Of a stretch of 64,000 nt of DNA, positions 31,954-44,100 are shown piece after piece; position 1 is the first letter of the stretch, and the number at the start of each line of letters is the position of its first letter. This DNA comes from Carpediemonas membranifera BICM (lineage: Eukaryota; Protista; Fornicata). The translations under genes and the position numbers were made by a program. The DNA lies in NCBI GenBank assembly GCA_019828565.1, contig JAHDYR010000024.1, positions 194,534 to 258,533 of the forward strand, written 5' to 3'. The notes beneath the pieces were generated by a model that saw only the letters and a program-made list of their open reading frames with translations, did not search any database and was not told where the DNA came from.

Positions 31954-34900
31954 CTAAACAATCGGTCTCATGTCCTCTACTCGCTTATAGACAACCTTAC
32001 ATTTGCTGCAGAGGGGAACGATGTACAACTTGCCATCAATGGTGTACTGCACTTCCTCAGAGCAATGCTCACAGTACCACCAGTGACAGCCTCGGCAGCA
32101 AAGAAGAGTAGAAGCCTGTTCTTCTGCTTTCTTCGTGTTCTTGGATCTTAGGCCCTTTTTGCACGCCTGGCACTTGTTGCTGAGCCGGTAATATAGCACG
32201 CGGGACAGTAGTCCTTCTTGCCCTTCGTCCTGACACATTGCTCGTGCAGGAAACCTTTGCAAGCACAGCATCTCCTGAACGTAGTGCCGTCTGGATTGAA
32301 GAACCACTCGGGGGTACCACACAAAAGACATCCAAATAGCATTTTGCGCTGATGAAGGCTAAGGAAAGTCGTCTTACATGTCTCGGGTTCGGTAGGCGGG
32401 TCTCTCACACGGGTCTCTGAGACAAAGTCGTTGATCAGGACCTTAATACGGTCAACAACAGCATCGGACACGTTGTTAGACACCTGCTGCAGATCGTCGT
32501 CACCAAGCCTGGGTCGCTTGGCTTCCTCGTCGTCAAAGACGATCTTCTTCCGAACCGGCACCGATCGATCTGTCGTTGACTGAGGTGTGTCTGCTTCATC
32601 ACCAACACCAAGTGAAGACAGTTGCGTAGTCGACCGTATCGGTGGGATCTCTGCCTTGATCATCGTAGTCGGGGTCGATTTGACCGTTGCCTTTTGCTTG
32701 ACAGGCTTATATCTCACCCGGTTGATCACAGGCAAGTTCTCAAGGCTGATTGAGTCGGAAACATCGTTCAGTCCAGCATCTGAGAGAACTTCTGAGAGCA
32801 TCTGGCGGAACTCGGCATGGCAGGGCTGACTACGGACAGCAATGTGCTGCATGACAGAGCCATTGTACTCCGCAGAGGGTCTAACTGCTGTTATAAACGT
32901 AGTAACGCCGACAACAGTCGTCCGCCTGACCTGTTCCCGGAGTTCAATTGACTTGAACCCAGGGCATTCGGCGGCGACCCTGCGCTGGACCTCCAGAAGT
33001 ACCTTATGGATGTCGCGTGCACTCAAGTCGAGGTCAGTTGCCTCGTCGTCCTCAAATACTGAAGAAACAACGGCTGTAACAAATGAACGACGGAGATTTG
33101 CGAGCTTACTGTTGCCATACTGTCTGATGGGGGGCGTAGCAGTAATAGGTTCTGACGTGGGTTTGACCACGATTGACCTTCGGTCCAACTATGCGGATTT
33201 CCCCAAGTAAACGAATTCTCTCTTCAGTTCTAGAACTAGTGCATGAGTACTTCAATCAACACCGTTACAGGTAATTACCCCACTATCAAGCTGAAAGATG
33301 CAACCATCGAGAGTATTGACGCCTTTGAGCGTATGGGCAGGATTTTCCTTGCAACGAACAGCAAGGTTGCTCCCACGGACTTCTTGTCACTCGAAGACAT
33401 CACAGAACTTCAAGCACAATACCCCGACGTCGATTTCACGAGAGCTACCCTTGATCAACTCTCCACTCTGATGCGCAAGCTCGTAACTCCTGACAACGTC
33501 ATCGACCTGCTAGATAACCTAGCATCTCTCTCTCTTGACTGGGACAGTACCCGTAATGTCCCCAACGGCACCGCCATGGGTTCTATCGAGCGAGCAACCC
33601 GTGTGCTGGTCGCCAGCTTCCGAAACCGGATGCGTCTCTTCGACTCCCTTCCTCCGGGCGAGGACCTCCCCGAGGCCGCCACGGACGAGGAGGTATCCTC
33701 CAGACGTCACCGCTTTGAGCAGCTCTGTAGCAGACTGCTCATCGACGCTCCTCCAGCGGCCTAAGGCCCTGAAGACTAAGACGAGATGGATCTCGCTCCT
33801 ATGGGACGATGACTCCTTCGACGATACAGTCAAGTCGGCGGTCAAGGCGGCTAAGTTCCTTGACCGCCAGGGGTTCCCCCCAGGGGCCCGAAGGCCCACG
33901 TCCCGGCTCCAGCCGGCCACGTCAAGCGTGTGGGCCGAGGCCCTACGCATCCTGCCAACAGCCAGCGCCCTCAGGGCCCCAACCTCTCCAGACCTCAGGG
34001 TCAGCGCCCTTCGGGCCAGCAGGCTCCTCAGCCTCTTACCAGACCCTGCAAGTTTTGTCAGGGCTGGCACAAGGACTACCGCTGCCCTCAGCACCCGAAT
34101 TTCGCCGCTGAGGAGCGCCAGGCTCAGGCCAACGCGGCCCAGACTTCGTCTGCCGGTCCCATGACAACCACGGCAACTATAAATGGCCGTGAGTATTCTT
34201 TTACTGTTGACACTGGAGCAAGTATATGCTTTATGAGCCAGAAGGTTGTACGCCAGCTACCCAGGGACGCTGTATCAGTTGACACTGGAGAGTGGATCAC
34301 TGTGACCCTAGGGGATAACCACAAGGTTCGGACGAACCAAGTAGCTACGCTCACCTTCCGTCTAGAACGGCTCGGCCCAGTGCCCATTACGACGACCTGG
34401 AAGTTCTATGTGCTTCCAGGTGAAGCCTTTAAGGTCCTATTGGGCTGTGACCTTCTTAGGTCGCTCAAGTTCATCGACGATGAGACACTCAACTTCAACC
34501 TCGAGAAGCTAGGCTCAGAGGACGAATCAGAGTGGGTTCCATTCACTCACAGATACCTCGACGAGGATCTGAACACAGCTGAAGTGGAAGAGAACCACCC
34601 GGATATTCCGGACTCAGCGATAAAGCCCCAGCTCGAAGAGCTCGTGGCCGCTTTCCCCGATATTTGGGAAGAGTCTCTCCCCGCAGAAGGGTCTAACCTG
34701 GAGGAGATGACTATAGAGCTCGTAAACGAGCGGGACATTGTCCAGGCGAGAGCTAGAGGCCTTGCCGACGCGACAGCGGCGCTTGTAGCGACCGAGCTCG
34801 AGGAACTCTGGAGATCTGGGATTATCCGTGAGTCTCGAGGCCCTTACAGTTCCCCCATAGTGGTGGTGAAGAAAGGTCACAAGGGCTCCCAGAAAATCAG

Positions 34901-37604
34901 ACACTGCGTAGATTACAAAGAGCTGAACGACCTAACGATCAAGGACAAGTTCCCGATCCCAAATGTTAGACATTTCGTGGATCGCGCGGCAGGCTGCAAA
35001 TATTTTGCAGGCCTAGACCTAAGGCAGGGGTACTATCAGATGAACATGAGTGAAAAGGATATTCCTAAGACCGCGTTCGTTACCCCTGACTCGTACTTCG
35101 AGTTCACTAGGTGTCCTTTTGGTCTGACGAACGCTCCCTCAAGGTTCCAGCGTGCTATGCAGCGGGCCTTTGCGGAAATCCTCCATAAAGGAGTCGACAT
35201 ATACCTTGATGATATCATGGTATATGCTCGCTCGGAGGACGAGTTCGTCGCCCTGATGGAGAAAGTCTTCTCCATCTTCCGCGAGTACAAGCTACGCTTG
35301 AAAGCAGGCAAGTGCAAAATCGGCACGGACCACGTGGAGGCCGTAGGCTATATCGTCTCTGAGAGAGGGAAGCAGCTGGCTCCATCGCGTGTACAGGCGA
35401 TCTGGGATATTCCCGTCCCTGAGACGGCTAAGTCACTCCAGAGGGTGCTAGGTTCATTCAACTACGTTGCGCAGTTCATCGAAGACGCTGCTCGGACACT
35501 CCGTCCCCTGAACCACCTACTCACCACCGCCTTAAAGGTCAAGGGCTCACTCTCCGACCTTTGGACGGACGAGCATACCCAAGCTTTCGAAGCCTACAAA
35601 GCTAAGCTTACATCTGACACTGTTCTAAGCTTCCCTGACATCTCTAAGAGATGGATCCTCGAGACGGACGCGTCGAATGAGGGTCTAGGGGGAATCCTGT
35701 ACCAGGAGGACAGTGACGGCGGAAATCGCCAACTAGTGAGTTTCTTCGCAGGTGTCCACACGCCGGCTCAGTCGCGTTGGCCCACATATGAGCAAGAACT
35801 CCACGCCATCATCTACTGTCTGACTCGTCCCGACATGGCACAGCTTTTCCGTCTTAAAGACGAGATCGAGATTCATACTGATCACCAGAACTTAGTCTAT
35901 CTCTTGAAGAGAAAAGAACTTTCAAAAAAAGCTGCTCAGATGGGTTATGATTCTATCAGACTACAATTTCTCCATCACGCATATTGCGGGTGAGTCAAAC
36001 AAGATGGCGGATATGCTGTCGAGGGATATTCCTTCTGGTAACCAGGAACAAGCGAACCTGCTAGACGTGGGGGAAGCGACCCTGGGACCATCCTTAGAGG
36101 AGGTTCGGGATGACCAGGCCAAGCAGCCCGAGTCTACTAAGGAAGGTTGGGTGAAACTCGACGGAGTAACCCTGGTGGACGGCGTTTACTTGAAGGACGG
36201 CGTCCCCATTATACCAGAAGGCGATATTCGCTCGCGGTACCTCAAGGTCGCACACCAGTTCCATAGTGGAACCAACGCTACGTACCAGCGCCTGAGGACC
36301 ATGGCCTATTGGCCAGGCATGTTGCAAGACTGCAAGCGGATTGTTCGCACATGCCCGATCTGCCTTAAGGCGAGGATCAAGAACTATCTGCAGCCTGAGG
36401 CTGGGTCGTCGACTAGAACGTCACCCTGGGGAGACCGTAGCGGTCGACTCCATGGGACCTCTACCGAAGGATCAGAGGGGCGCCCGCTACATCATTGTAG
36501 CGACGGATATGTTCACGCGATACATGGAACTCATTCCGGTAGCGAGCATCGACGGAGACACCGTCGCGCAAGCCCTATGGGACAACGTATTCTCGAGGCA
36601 CGGGCTACCTAAGGAGCTCCTGTCAGACAACGGACCAGAATACGCAAACCAGATAGTCAAAGCGTTGACGGACACCCTACGGGTCAGCCATCACTTCACG
36701 ACACCTTACCACCCACAAAGCAATGGGCTGGCGGAGAGGCGTAACGCCGAGGTAGCAAGACACCTAAGGTGGATGGCTCTCTCTATCGCTCCTAAGGACG
36801 ACTGGTCGACCCTACTTCCAACAGTACGGATGATAATCAACGGTACACTGCAGGCGGCCACGGGATTTACCCCCCACGAGCTGGTCTATGGCCACACACA
36901 CAACATAATGGACAGTACTTTGTGGTCGGAAGAGACGCTAGGCGTCTTCGACTACAAAGGATTCTACGAAAACCTTAAGGTCACCCTGGCTAACCTCGAA
37001 GAGGCGGCAAAACAGGCAGTAGGGCCTCACCAGAGCCCGATCGAGACCACAGGCTTAGAGCCAGGGGACTACGTTCTTTGGAAGAACGAAGCCCCTCAAA
37101 AACTTGACACACCCCACACAGGTCCGTGGAAGGTGGTAGAGGTACTCCCCTAACAACAGAGCTAAGCTCATGTCGCTAAGCGATAACCGGCTCAAGGCTA
37201 CGCATATTGACAAGCTGATGAAGTTCGAGACTGATGTTAGCGAAGACCTTATGAGGCAGCTAGCTGAGTCGGATCAGGAGCAGTACAGAGTCGAAGATAT
37301 AGTATCTATCGACTGGAAAAAGGGTTCAGCCCGGGTCAAGTGGCTAGGCTACGATGAATTGACCGACGAGCCTCTCGGTGCCATAAAGCACCTCGAGATC
37401 ATCAAGCGTAAGGCACGCAAAGCTCGTAAGTCCCTCGACAAGTACTAAGTACCCTCTTTTCCCTTCCTTTAGCAGGTGGGTTTTTCTCGTCGAAGGGGGT
37501 AGTGACGTGGGTTTGACCACGATTGACCTTTGGTCCAACTATGCGGATTTCCCCAAGTAAACGAATTCTCTCTTCAGTTCCGGTACAGACACTTCTGAAT
37601 TCAT
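31954..37604 (-). CDS. PHD/zinc-finger protein disrupted by LTR element A
   Basis: Removing 33153..37580 restores MNSEVSVPEPITATPP. The C-terminus has CLLC...CCAC...HEQC...CPAC (C4HC3) plus a second Cys cluster after a frameshift. Confidence 0.8.
33153..37576 (+). mobile_element. Ty3/gypsy chromovirus A, full length, 74-bp LTRs, GTTC target duplication
   Basis: TG...CA LTRs at 33153..33226 and 37503..37576 (1 mismatch); PPT GAAGGGGGTAG; gag, CCHC, DTGA protease, YLDD RT, RNase H, integrase and chromodomain (VKWLGY). Confidence 0.95.
33243..37448 (+). CDS. gag-pol of element A (several single-base frameshifts)
   Basis: ORFs 33243..33764, 33930..35993, 35947..36612, 36341..37153 and 37170..37448 in PR-RT-RH-IN-CHD order. 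Confidence 0.9.
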
Positions 37605-38067
37605 GAGAATTTCTATCCAAGCTGTTTACGTTGTTACATTTGTCTATTTACGTAAACTCCTGGCATTGACAATACCTAAAACTGCGACATTTGTCGATCA
37701 TGATTCGAGCAACTAGCCACCAAAAGGTAGAAACGGTAACGTCAGGGCTCGTGGAAGTTGCCAAAGTACAAGATTCTTACCAAATAATCCGAAAAACTGC
37801 TCAGGGCTTGCGAAAGGAAGAAGAAATCAACAAAAAGGTGAATGACACAGAGTTTCTGCTGCAAGAGATACGCGATTTGTTTATAGATGCCATACAGACG
37901 ATGAGGGACAAGTAAAAATGACATTCACTAGCTTTGCTTCTCATTTCACATATTCTTGTGAAATATGTGAAATGTGAAACAGATTCTAGTGAATCTCATT
38001 TTTTCTTGCACTTTTTGGAGTATCTCCAGGGTATCTCCCGGGAGACTCTAGCCATTCCTACAGTATG

Positions 38068-38109
38068 ACCTCGAGCTCCCCTGGACGCTCGAGACCGACG
38101 CTTCAACAG
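38068..38109 (+). mobile_element. Host Ty3/gypsy element G0, fragment 1 (RNase H start)
   Basis: Encodes LELPWTLETDAST and continues in frame at 47488 (TVAAGGVLWQ). Confidence 0.85.
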
Positions 38110-41100
38110 TGTAGTGGTCACCTGACCCGTATATATTTAGGCCATATTTACCACTAGGGTTCGACCCTATTTAAACACTTCGCATTGATTGTTGTTGTTC
38201 TGTGCCACCACAGTAATATTACTATCTAGATGAACGTAGAACAACTATCAACTTTCCTGGCACCCTATCTCACTAGTACGAAGCCTAAGGCATGGTATTC
38301 ATTCCGGGAAGCCTTCATTGCCCATTACGCACGAAACGCCGCTTCCAAGCCTCTGATCTTCGATTACGTCGCAGCGACGGTTTTGAAGATCATGTTCCTC
38401 GAATGCCCGGACCTCGAAGACCTTATTACTCGTGCCCGTGAGGTCACACAGCAACCCCGCGCTGCGCCTAGGGACCCCCTTCTGTTCCTCGCGCCCCCTG
38501 AGTCTGACACTGATGACGACACCGAGTCTGACACTGATAGTTCGGTCTCCGACGAGTCCGAGCATCTACCCGTTCACACACCCGAGACCCCTAACGACTT
38601 CAACAAAAGATTTATCTCAATGGTGAACGACATCTTCGGACCCCTCGACCGTCAGGACGCGCTCGACCGATTTGACTCGATTACCTTTGACACCGCCAGC
38701 AAGAACGTTTATGAGTCCATGCTCTACTACACGTTAATCTACCAGCGGACACTCGAAAACTGCGCCTCTGTACCCCCCGAAGCAGTCGAGCCTCGTAGCC
38801 AAATTCCTGAAGGGCATCCGCAATGATCGCTTACGTGAACGCTGTAAGACCTTTGAGGATAAGTCCTCCATCGCCAACACCATGCGCGCCGCTCTCTCCC
38901 AAGCCAAGAAGATGCAGCAAGCCGAGAAGGAATCCCACAAGTCGCGGAAGAAGGACGTAAATTATAGGTCCTACGCGCACGATTTCCTCGCTGCTACGGT
39001 TGAAGAGTACTTAGACGCAATGTCAGCCGAAACGCCTGAAGACGATCAAGCAGAACACCGCCCAGTCTTCAAAGTCAGACTGCACGGATCCTCCGTGCGC
39101 GCCCTCTACGACACAGGTGCCACCGCCAACTTCCTCCATGAGGCGAAAGCGAAGTCCCTGGGCCTCACCCCCATTCCTGAGTGCCACAGGGTTCGCCTCA
39201 TGTCAGGCCAACTAATCAACACCTCCCAAGTGGCCTACGATACTGTCCTGTACCCTTCTGTGACAGGTAGACCCCTCTCTGTACGCACAAAGTTTATCCT
39301 CATCTCACTCGACCATTACGATGCGATCATCGGGTTCCCACTCCTGCGCAGCGCGGGACTGATCGAGATACCCTCGCCTGACCCGACTCCGTCAAACCAG
39401 AACGACGACGACGAGATGTTCGAAAACGAGGTCGAGAGAACAGCCCCAGAATATGTGCAGTTTGCAGAAGCCAGCCAAAGGATTGTTGAAAAGTTCCCAG
39501 GCCTATTCGGGGACATTTCCAGCCCGTCCAAGCTCCCAGCATTCTCCCTGAAGACCAAGAATGACCAGGTCATCAACTGCTTCCCATATCGTCACGGCAA
39601 GCAGGTGGAAGATGAGGTTAATCGCCAGGTTGAGGAGCTGCTTGCTCTGGACGTCATCGAGCCTTCGGACTCAGCCTTCAATAACCCCATCGTCATGGCA
39701 AAGAAGAGAGGCAACAAGCTTCGCCTCTGCCTCGACTTTAGACGGCTATGCCGTGTTACGAATGAGTTTTATGCAACCAACTCCCGCAGTTTAGGGTCAC
39801 ACTTCCCCCCATGCGGACGCATTAACGGCGCCCGGAACTGCGGAACTTCTTCTTGGCGGCGGCGAACGCGGCTTCATGCTCTGGATGAGCGACGAGGTAA
39901 TCATCGAGAGCCGCTAGCTGGTCATAGTACCGGTTATAGGGTACATAGGAGTCTTCGTCGGGTGTGAGGCCTTCCCAACGGATGAGGAGCTCCAATGAGC
40001 CGTTCTTCTTCTTCTTGTGACCGACGATCTCCTTGACGGGCTGTTCGCCTTGCTCGAAAGCGGCGATCCGCTCGAGCTCGGTGTCGGATAAATCGGTCTC
40101 GAATCGGACCAGTCTGTCGGCGTGGACCGTGCTGACGCATCTTGTGACGAGGTCACGGACGCGGTAGGTGTTCGGGTGTTCGCCCTTCCCCTCCATGCGG
40201 AAGGGTCCGCGCAGGGGGGTGTAGATCTTAGCCGGGGGCTTGCCCGGGTAGCGCAGGAGAACGTATTGTTCTCTCTCCCACGCATGAGTGTCTGCTGTGG
40301 CCTTGGCCTTGCGCGCCTCGTACGCGCGAATCTTGACGCGGGCGAGGGCTTGTAGAGCGGCTACGTCCTCCTGGAAGCGGACAATCTCACCTTCATCAAC
40401 GCTCCCAGGGGTGCAGCTCTTCGTGGCGTTTGCCAGAGCGATCGGGGCGACCCGTAGCGTCGATTCTTTGCCGAACAGCAGTTCGAAAGGGGAGCGACCG
40501 GTGGTGGCGTGGCGGGTAGAGTTGATGACGTGTTGAGCGAGCGGTAAATAGGCGGGTCAGTTGCCGTCCTCTGCGTCTAGGAGGAGCGCTCTCATGCGAG
40601 ACATGATCGTGCCGTTGAGTCGTTCAACGACTCCGTTGCTGGCCGGATGGTAAGGGGTTGAGAACCTGTGCTGAAGACTGATGATGGCGTTACACTCGGC
40701 AATGAGGGCGTTACGGAATTGAGTGCCCTGGTCGGTTTGAATCTCCTTTGGGACTCCGAACGTGGACCACACATCCAGCATCGCTGCTGCAGCCTCTTCG
40801 GCCTTTGTAGTAGCGACCGGACGGAGGATCGTGAACTTGGAGAAGACATCCACGATCGTGATGATGTAGGACATGCCGGCCTCTTCCGGAAGGGGGCCTA
40901 TTGTGTCAAGCTGGACCGTCTCGAAGGGCTTGAGTCGCTGCGTGGAGTGCCACTTCGTCTTCTCGCGGGCAGGGGGTCTAACCTTCTGGCAGACAGCGCA
41001 ACTTCTGAGGGTCTCCCGGACGTCCGATTTCATGTCGGGCCAAGACTGCCCGGCGTTGCGGAGATTTTCCATCGTCTGAGCGACGCTGAAGTGGCCCTGT

Positions 41101-44100
41101 GCACCGGCGTGGTCCTGGTTGATGAGGTGACGGTGAGAACTGGAGACCTGTTCGATAGCGGCCTTGAGGTCGTCTCGGTCCTCTGGGACGCTGCTAGGAC
41201 GGGACAGCGAGTCGGCGACGACGTTGTGGACACCCTTGATGTGGGCGATGGAGTAGGGGTATTCGGTCATTGTCAGGCGCCAGCGAGTAAGCTTTTTCGT
41301 GCCCTCCTCGTCCGTCTTTCTCAGGAGCCAAATAAGGTTCCGGTGATCGGTTCTGAGAGAGAACGGCTTAATCTTAAGGAGGGCTGAGAACTCCGGTCGA
41401 GTTACACAGTGGATGATCGCGTAAAGCTCCTGTTCGACGGTCGACCACCTTTGCTGAGTCTCGTCCAAGGTCTTGGAATAAAAAGCGAGGGGAACCTTCT
41501 CAACTCCTTCGCCCTGCCAGAGGACCCCGCCGATCGCTACTGAGGAGGCATCGGTCTCCAAGGTCCAGGGCTTGTCTAAGTCTGGGAGGGCGAGCGCCGT
41601 GTGTTCGGTGACCAGGTCTTTCATCTTAGCGAAAGCGGCGTCCTGCTCGGCGCCCCAGGCCACGGGGGACGACTTCCCCGGAGAGCCCTTAAGCAGCCGG
41701 TTGAGAGGTGCTGCGGCGTCGGCGAGATGGGGAATGTAATTCGACAAGTAGTTGAACTTGCCGAGGGATCGACGGAGTTCCGACGTGGTGGTCGGAGGAA
41801 AGAGGTCGCGGATGGCCTGGACTCGAGCGGGGGCAACGGATCTGCCCATCTCGTTAACGATGAAGCCGCACACCTCAACCTCGGAGAGGCCGAGGGCACA
41901 CTTGTCGGCCTTCAGTCTGACGTTGGCCGCCAGTAGATGATCGAAGAGATCCGTGATGGCGCTCTTGAACTCTTCCTCCGTGTGCGAGTAAGTGAAGATA
42001 TCGTCGACGTAGGCTTTGGAGCTCTTGCAGTCTTCCAACACCTCGTCCATCGCTCTCTGGAACTTGGCCGGGGCATTCTTGAGCCCGAAGGGGGTACGAA
42101 GAAACTCGTAATGACCGCCTGGGATAGTGAAGGCGGTGAGTGAGACGCTGTCGGGGTCCATACGTTGCTGCCAGTAGCCGCTTCGGAGGTCGAGCGTGCC
42201 GAAGAGTGAGCAGCCGCTTGCCCTCATGGACGAAGGAGCGGATATCTGGTGTCGGGTAGCGATCGTCTTCGGTGGCTTCATTCAGAACGTTATACGCGAC
42301 GCAGAACCTGTCCTCACCGTTCTTCTTCTTCGCCATCACGTGTGGGGATGAGTACGGCGAGTCACTTGGGCGGATGACTAATTGTTGGAGCATCTTGTCG
42401 ATTTCAGCGGCGGCGCTGGACGCTTGGGAACCCTTAAGGGGGCGTGGTCTTGCCTTCGGGAGCCTGTGGTCGCCAGGCTTCAGGGTGATCTTGTGTGGAC
42501 GCAACTCGCTGCCGTCCTCTGGCAGCTCGCCGAAGAGCTCGCGGCGTTCGTATAGGAAGCCTTCGAGCCACTTAGTGAGGTCTGGATTGTCATCGTAAGG
42601 GATTCGGACCTTCTTCCACTCGTTATCAACATCAATCTCATCTGTGCAGGAGTCGAGATACGGGTGTGGAGGCAGATTGTCGTTGTCGGAGATGGTGGCG
42701 GATGACGGGATCAGCAGTCTGTCGTTCATGAGGTAGCCCAACCTTCTGAGGAGGTCGCGGCCGATCAGGACCTTTCGGCGTTTGGCGCGGATCACCATCA
42801 GCAATGCGGTGGCCTGCACGGTCTTGCCATCGATAGACGGGAGAGTGATGTCGACCTTTGCGGCCTTACCGATGGAGATGACCTCGTCGCCGGCGTCGAA
42901 GAGCTCGACTGAGGTGTCGATGAGCTGGTAATTCGGGACCTTCGCTAGTGCGGGCTCCGAGATGACTGAGACGCAGGCTCCGATATCGAACTTCGTCTTG
43001 ATTTGGACACCGTTGATCGTGGCCGGGACGTTGATGGGGTCGTTGTCGATCTCAACAGCCCCCACCTCATAGACGTCACCTTCGTCCTCGGACTCGGCGT
43101 CATCTGAGGCGTTGTTGTCGACTTCATGGACGTCGCGCTGGCCGCGCGAGTTGCGAAGCTTTGAGGAGTCCCTCAGGAACATGTTGCCGGCCCGACGGTC
43201 GGACTGCGTACCGCTGGTCTGCTTCTGGTCGTTCTTCCGCGGCTGAGAGGAGCCGGAGGTGCCCTTGGACTGGTTGTCCTTCTGCCGTGCGAGGAACCTG
43301 CATGACTCTGTCGTATGGTTACTGTTCCACCCATGAGACTTGCACCACTTGTTGAAGTGCTGTGGGATGGCATACTTGTGCTTGTCTTTGAACTGGAGAT
43401 AGGGATCGCTTGTATGGGGCAGTACTGTCGGCTTTTTGCTTGCCAGGGGCGCGACGGCCGCTGTCTTTCTGGTCGGCGGGTTGGGATGTTACCGCGAACG
43501 CCCGCCACGGGACAATAACGCGTTCGTCGTGATCGACGTCGAGGTTCTCGAGGCGAGAAAGAAGATCGTCGATTGACTCGGCTGGGTCCTCGATGATGTC
43601 CTCGTAAAGAGCCTCGGCGTCCTTGCTATAGCCCTTGAGGAAGATCGACCCCAGTAAGCGCTCGGTCGAGTTGTAGGTTAGTGCCTCGATGTCTGGGACG
43701 CATGGATCGTAAGCGTTGAGGATCCTACGTAGCTTGAAGACGGCGAGTCGGTGCTCGACGGCTGGGCCGAAGAATCTAAGGCCGGATGCCTTGTCGCGCA
43801 CCATCTTCAGTCTCGATCCCATGTCGAGGGTCGGTAGGAGCGTATAAACGATGTAGGGGATGATCGCCTTTGCCTCGGCGCGGAGGTAAGCGTAAACGTC
43901 GGGGAAATCAGCACGCTTTGGCCAGGCGGCCAGGTCGGGCTTCTCATCTATGGTGGGCTCCGGGACCTTGTCAGAGAAATCTGGGAGTGTCATGTCGGTC
44001 CCGTCAGGCACGGGGACAGTCGGGGTTGCGGCGCTGAAGAGGTCGGACCATCTGTTGGCCGCGGGGTCCTTCATGTACGAGGTGATGAATGTCCTGGCCT

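Larger units (their letters stand above)
30971..38067. mobile_element. Right arm of a diverged relative of the 11.8-kb DNA transposon (interrupted by LTR element A)
   Basis: Has the same convergent gene pair as 59528-61786, shares the subterminal GTGAATCTCATTTTTTCTTGCA, and ends in GCCATTCCTACAGTATG. Confidence 0.88.
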
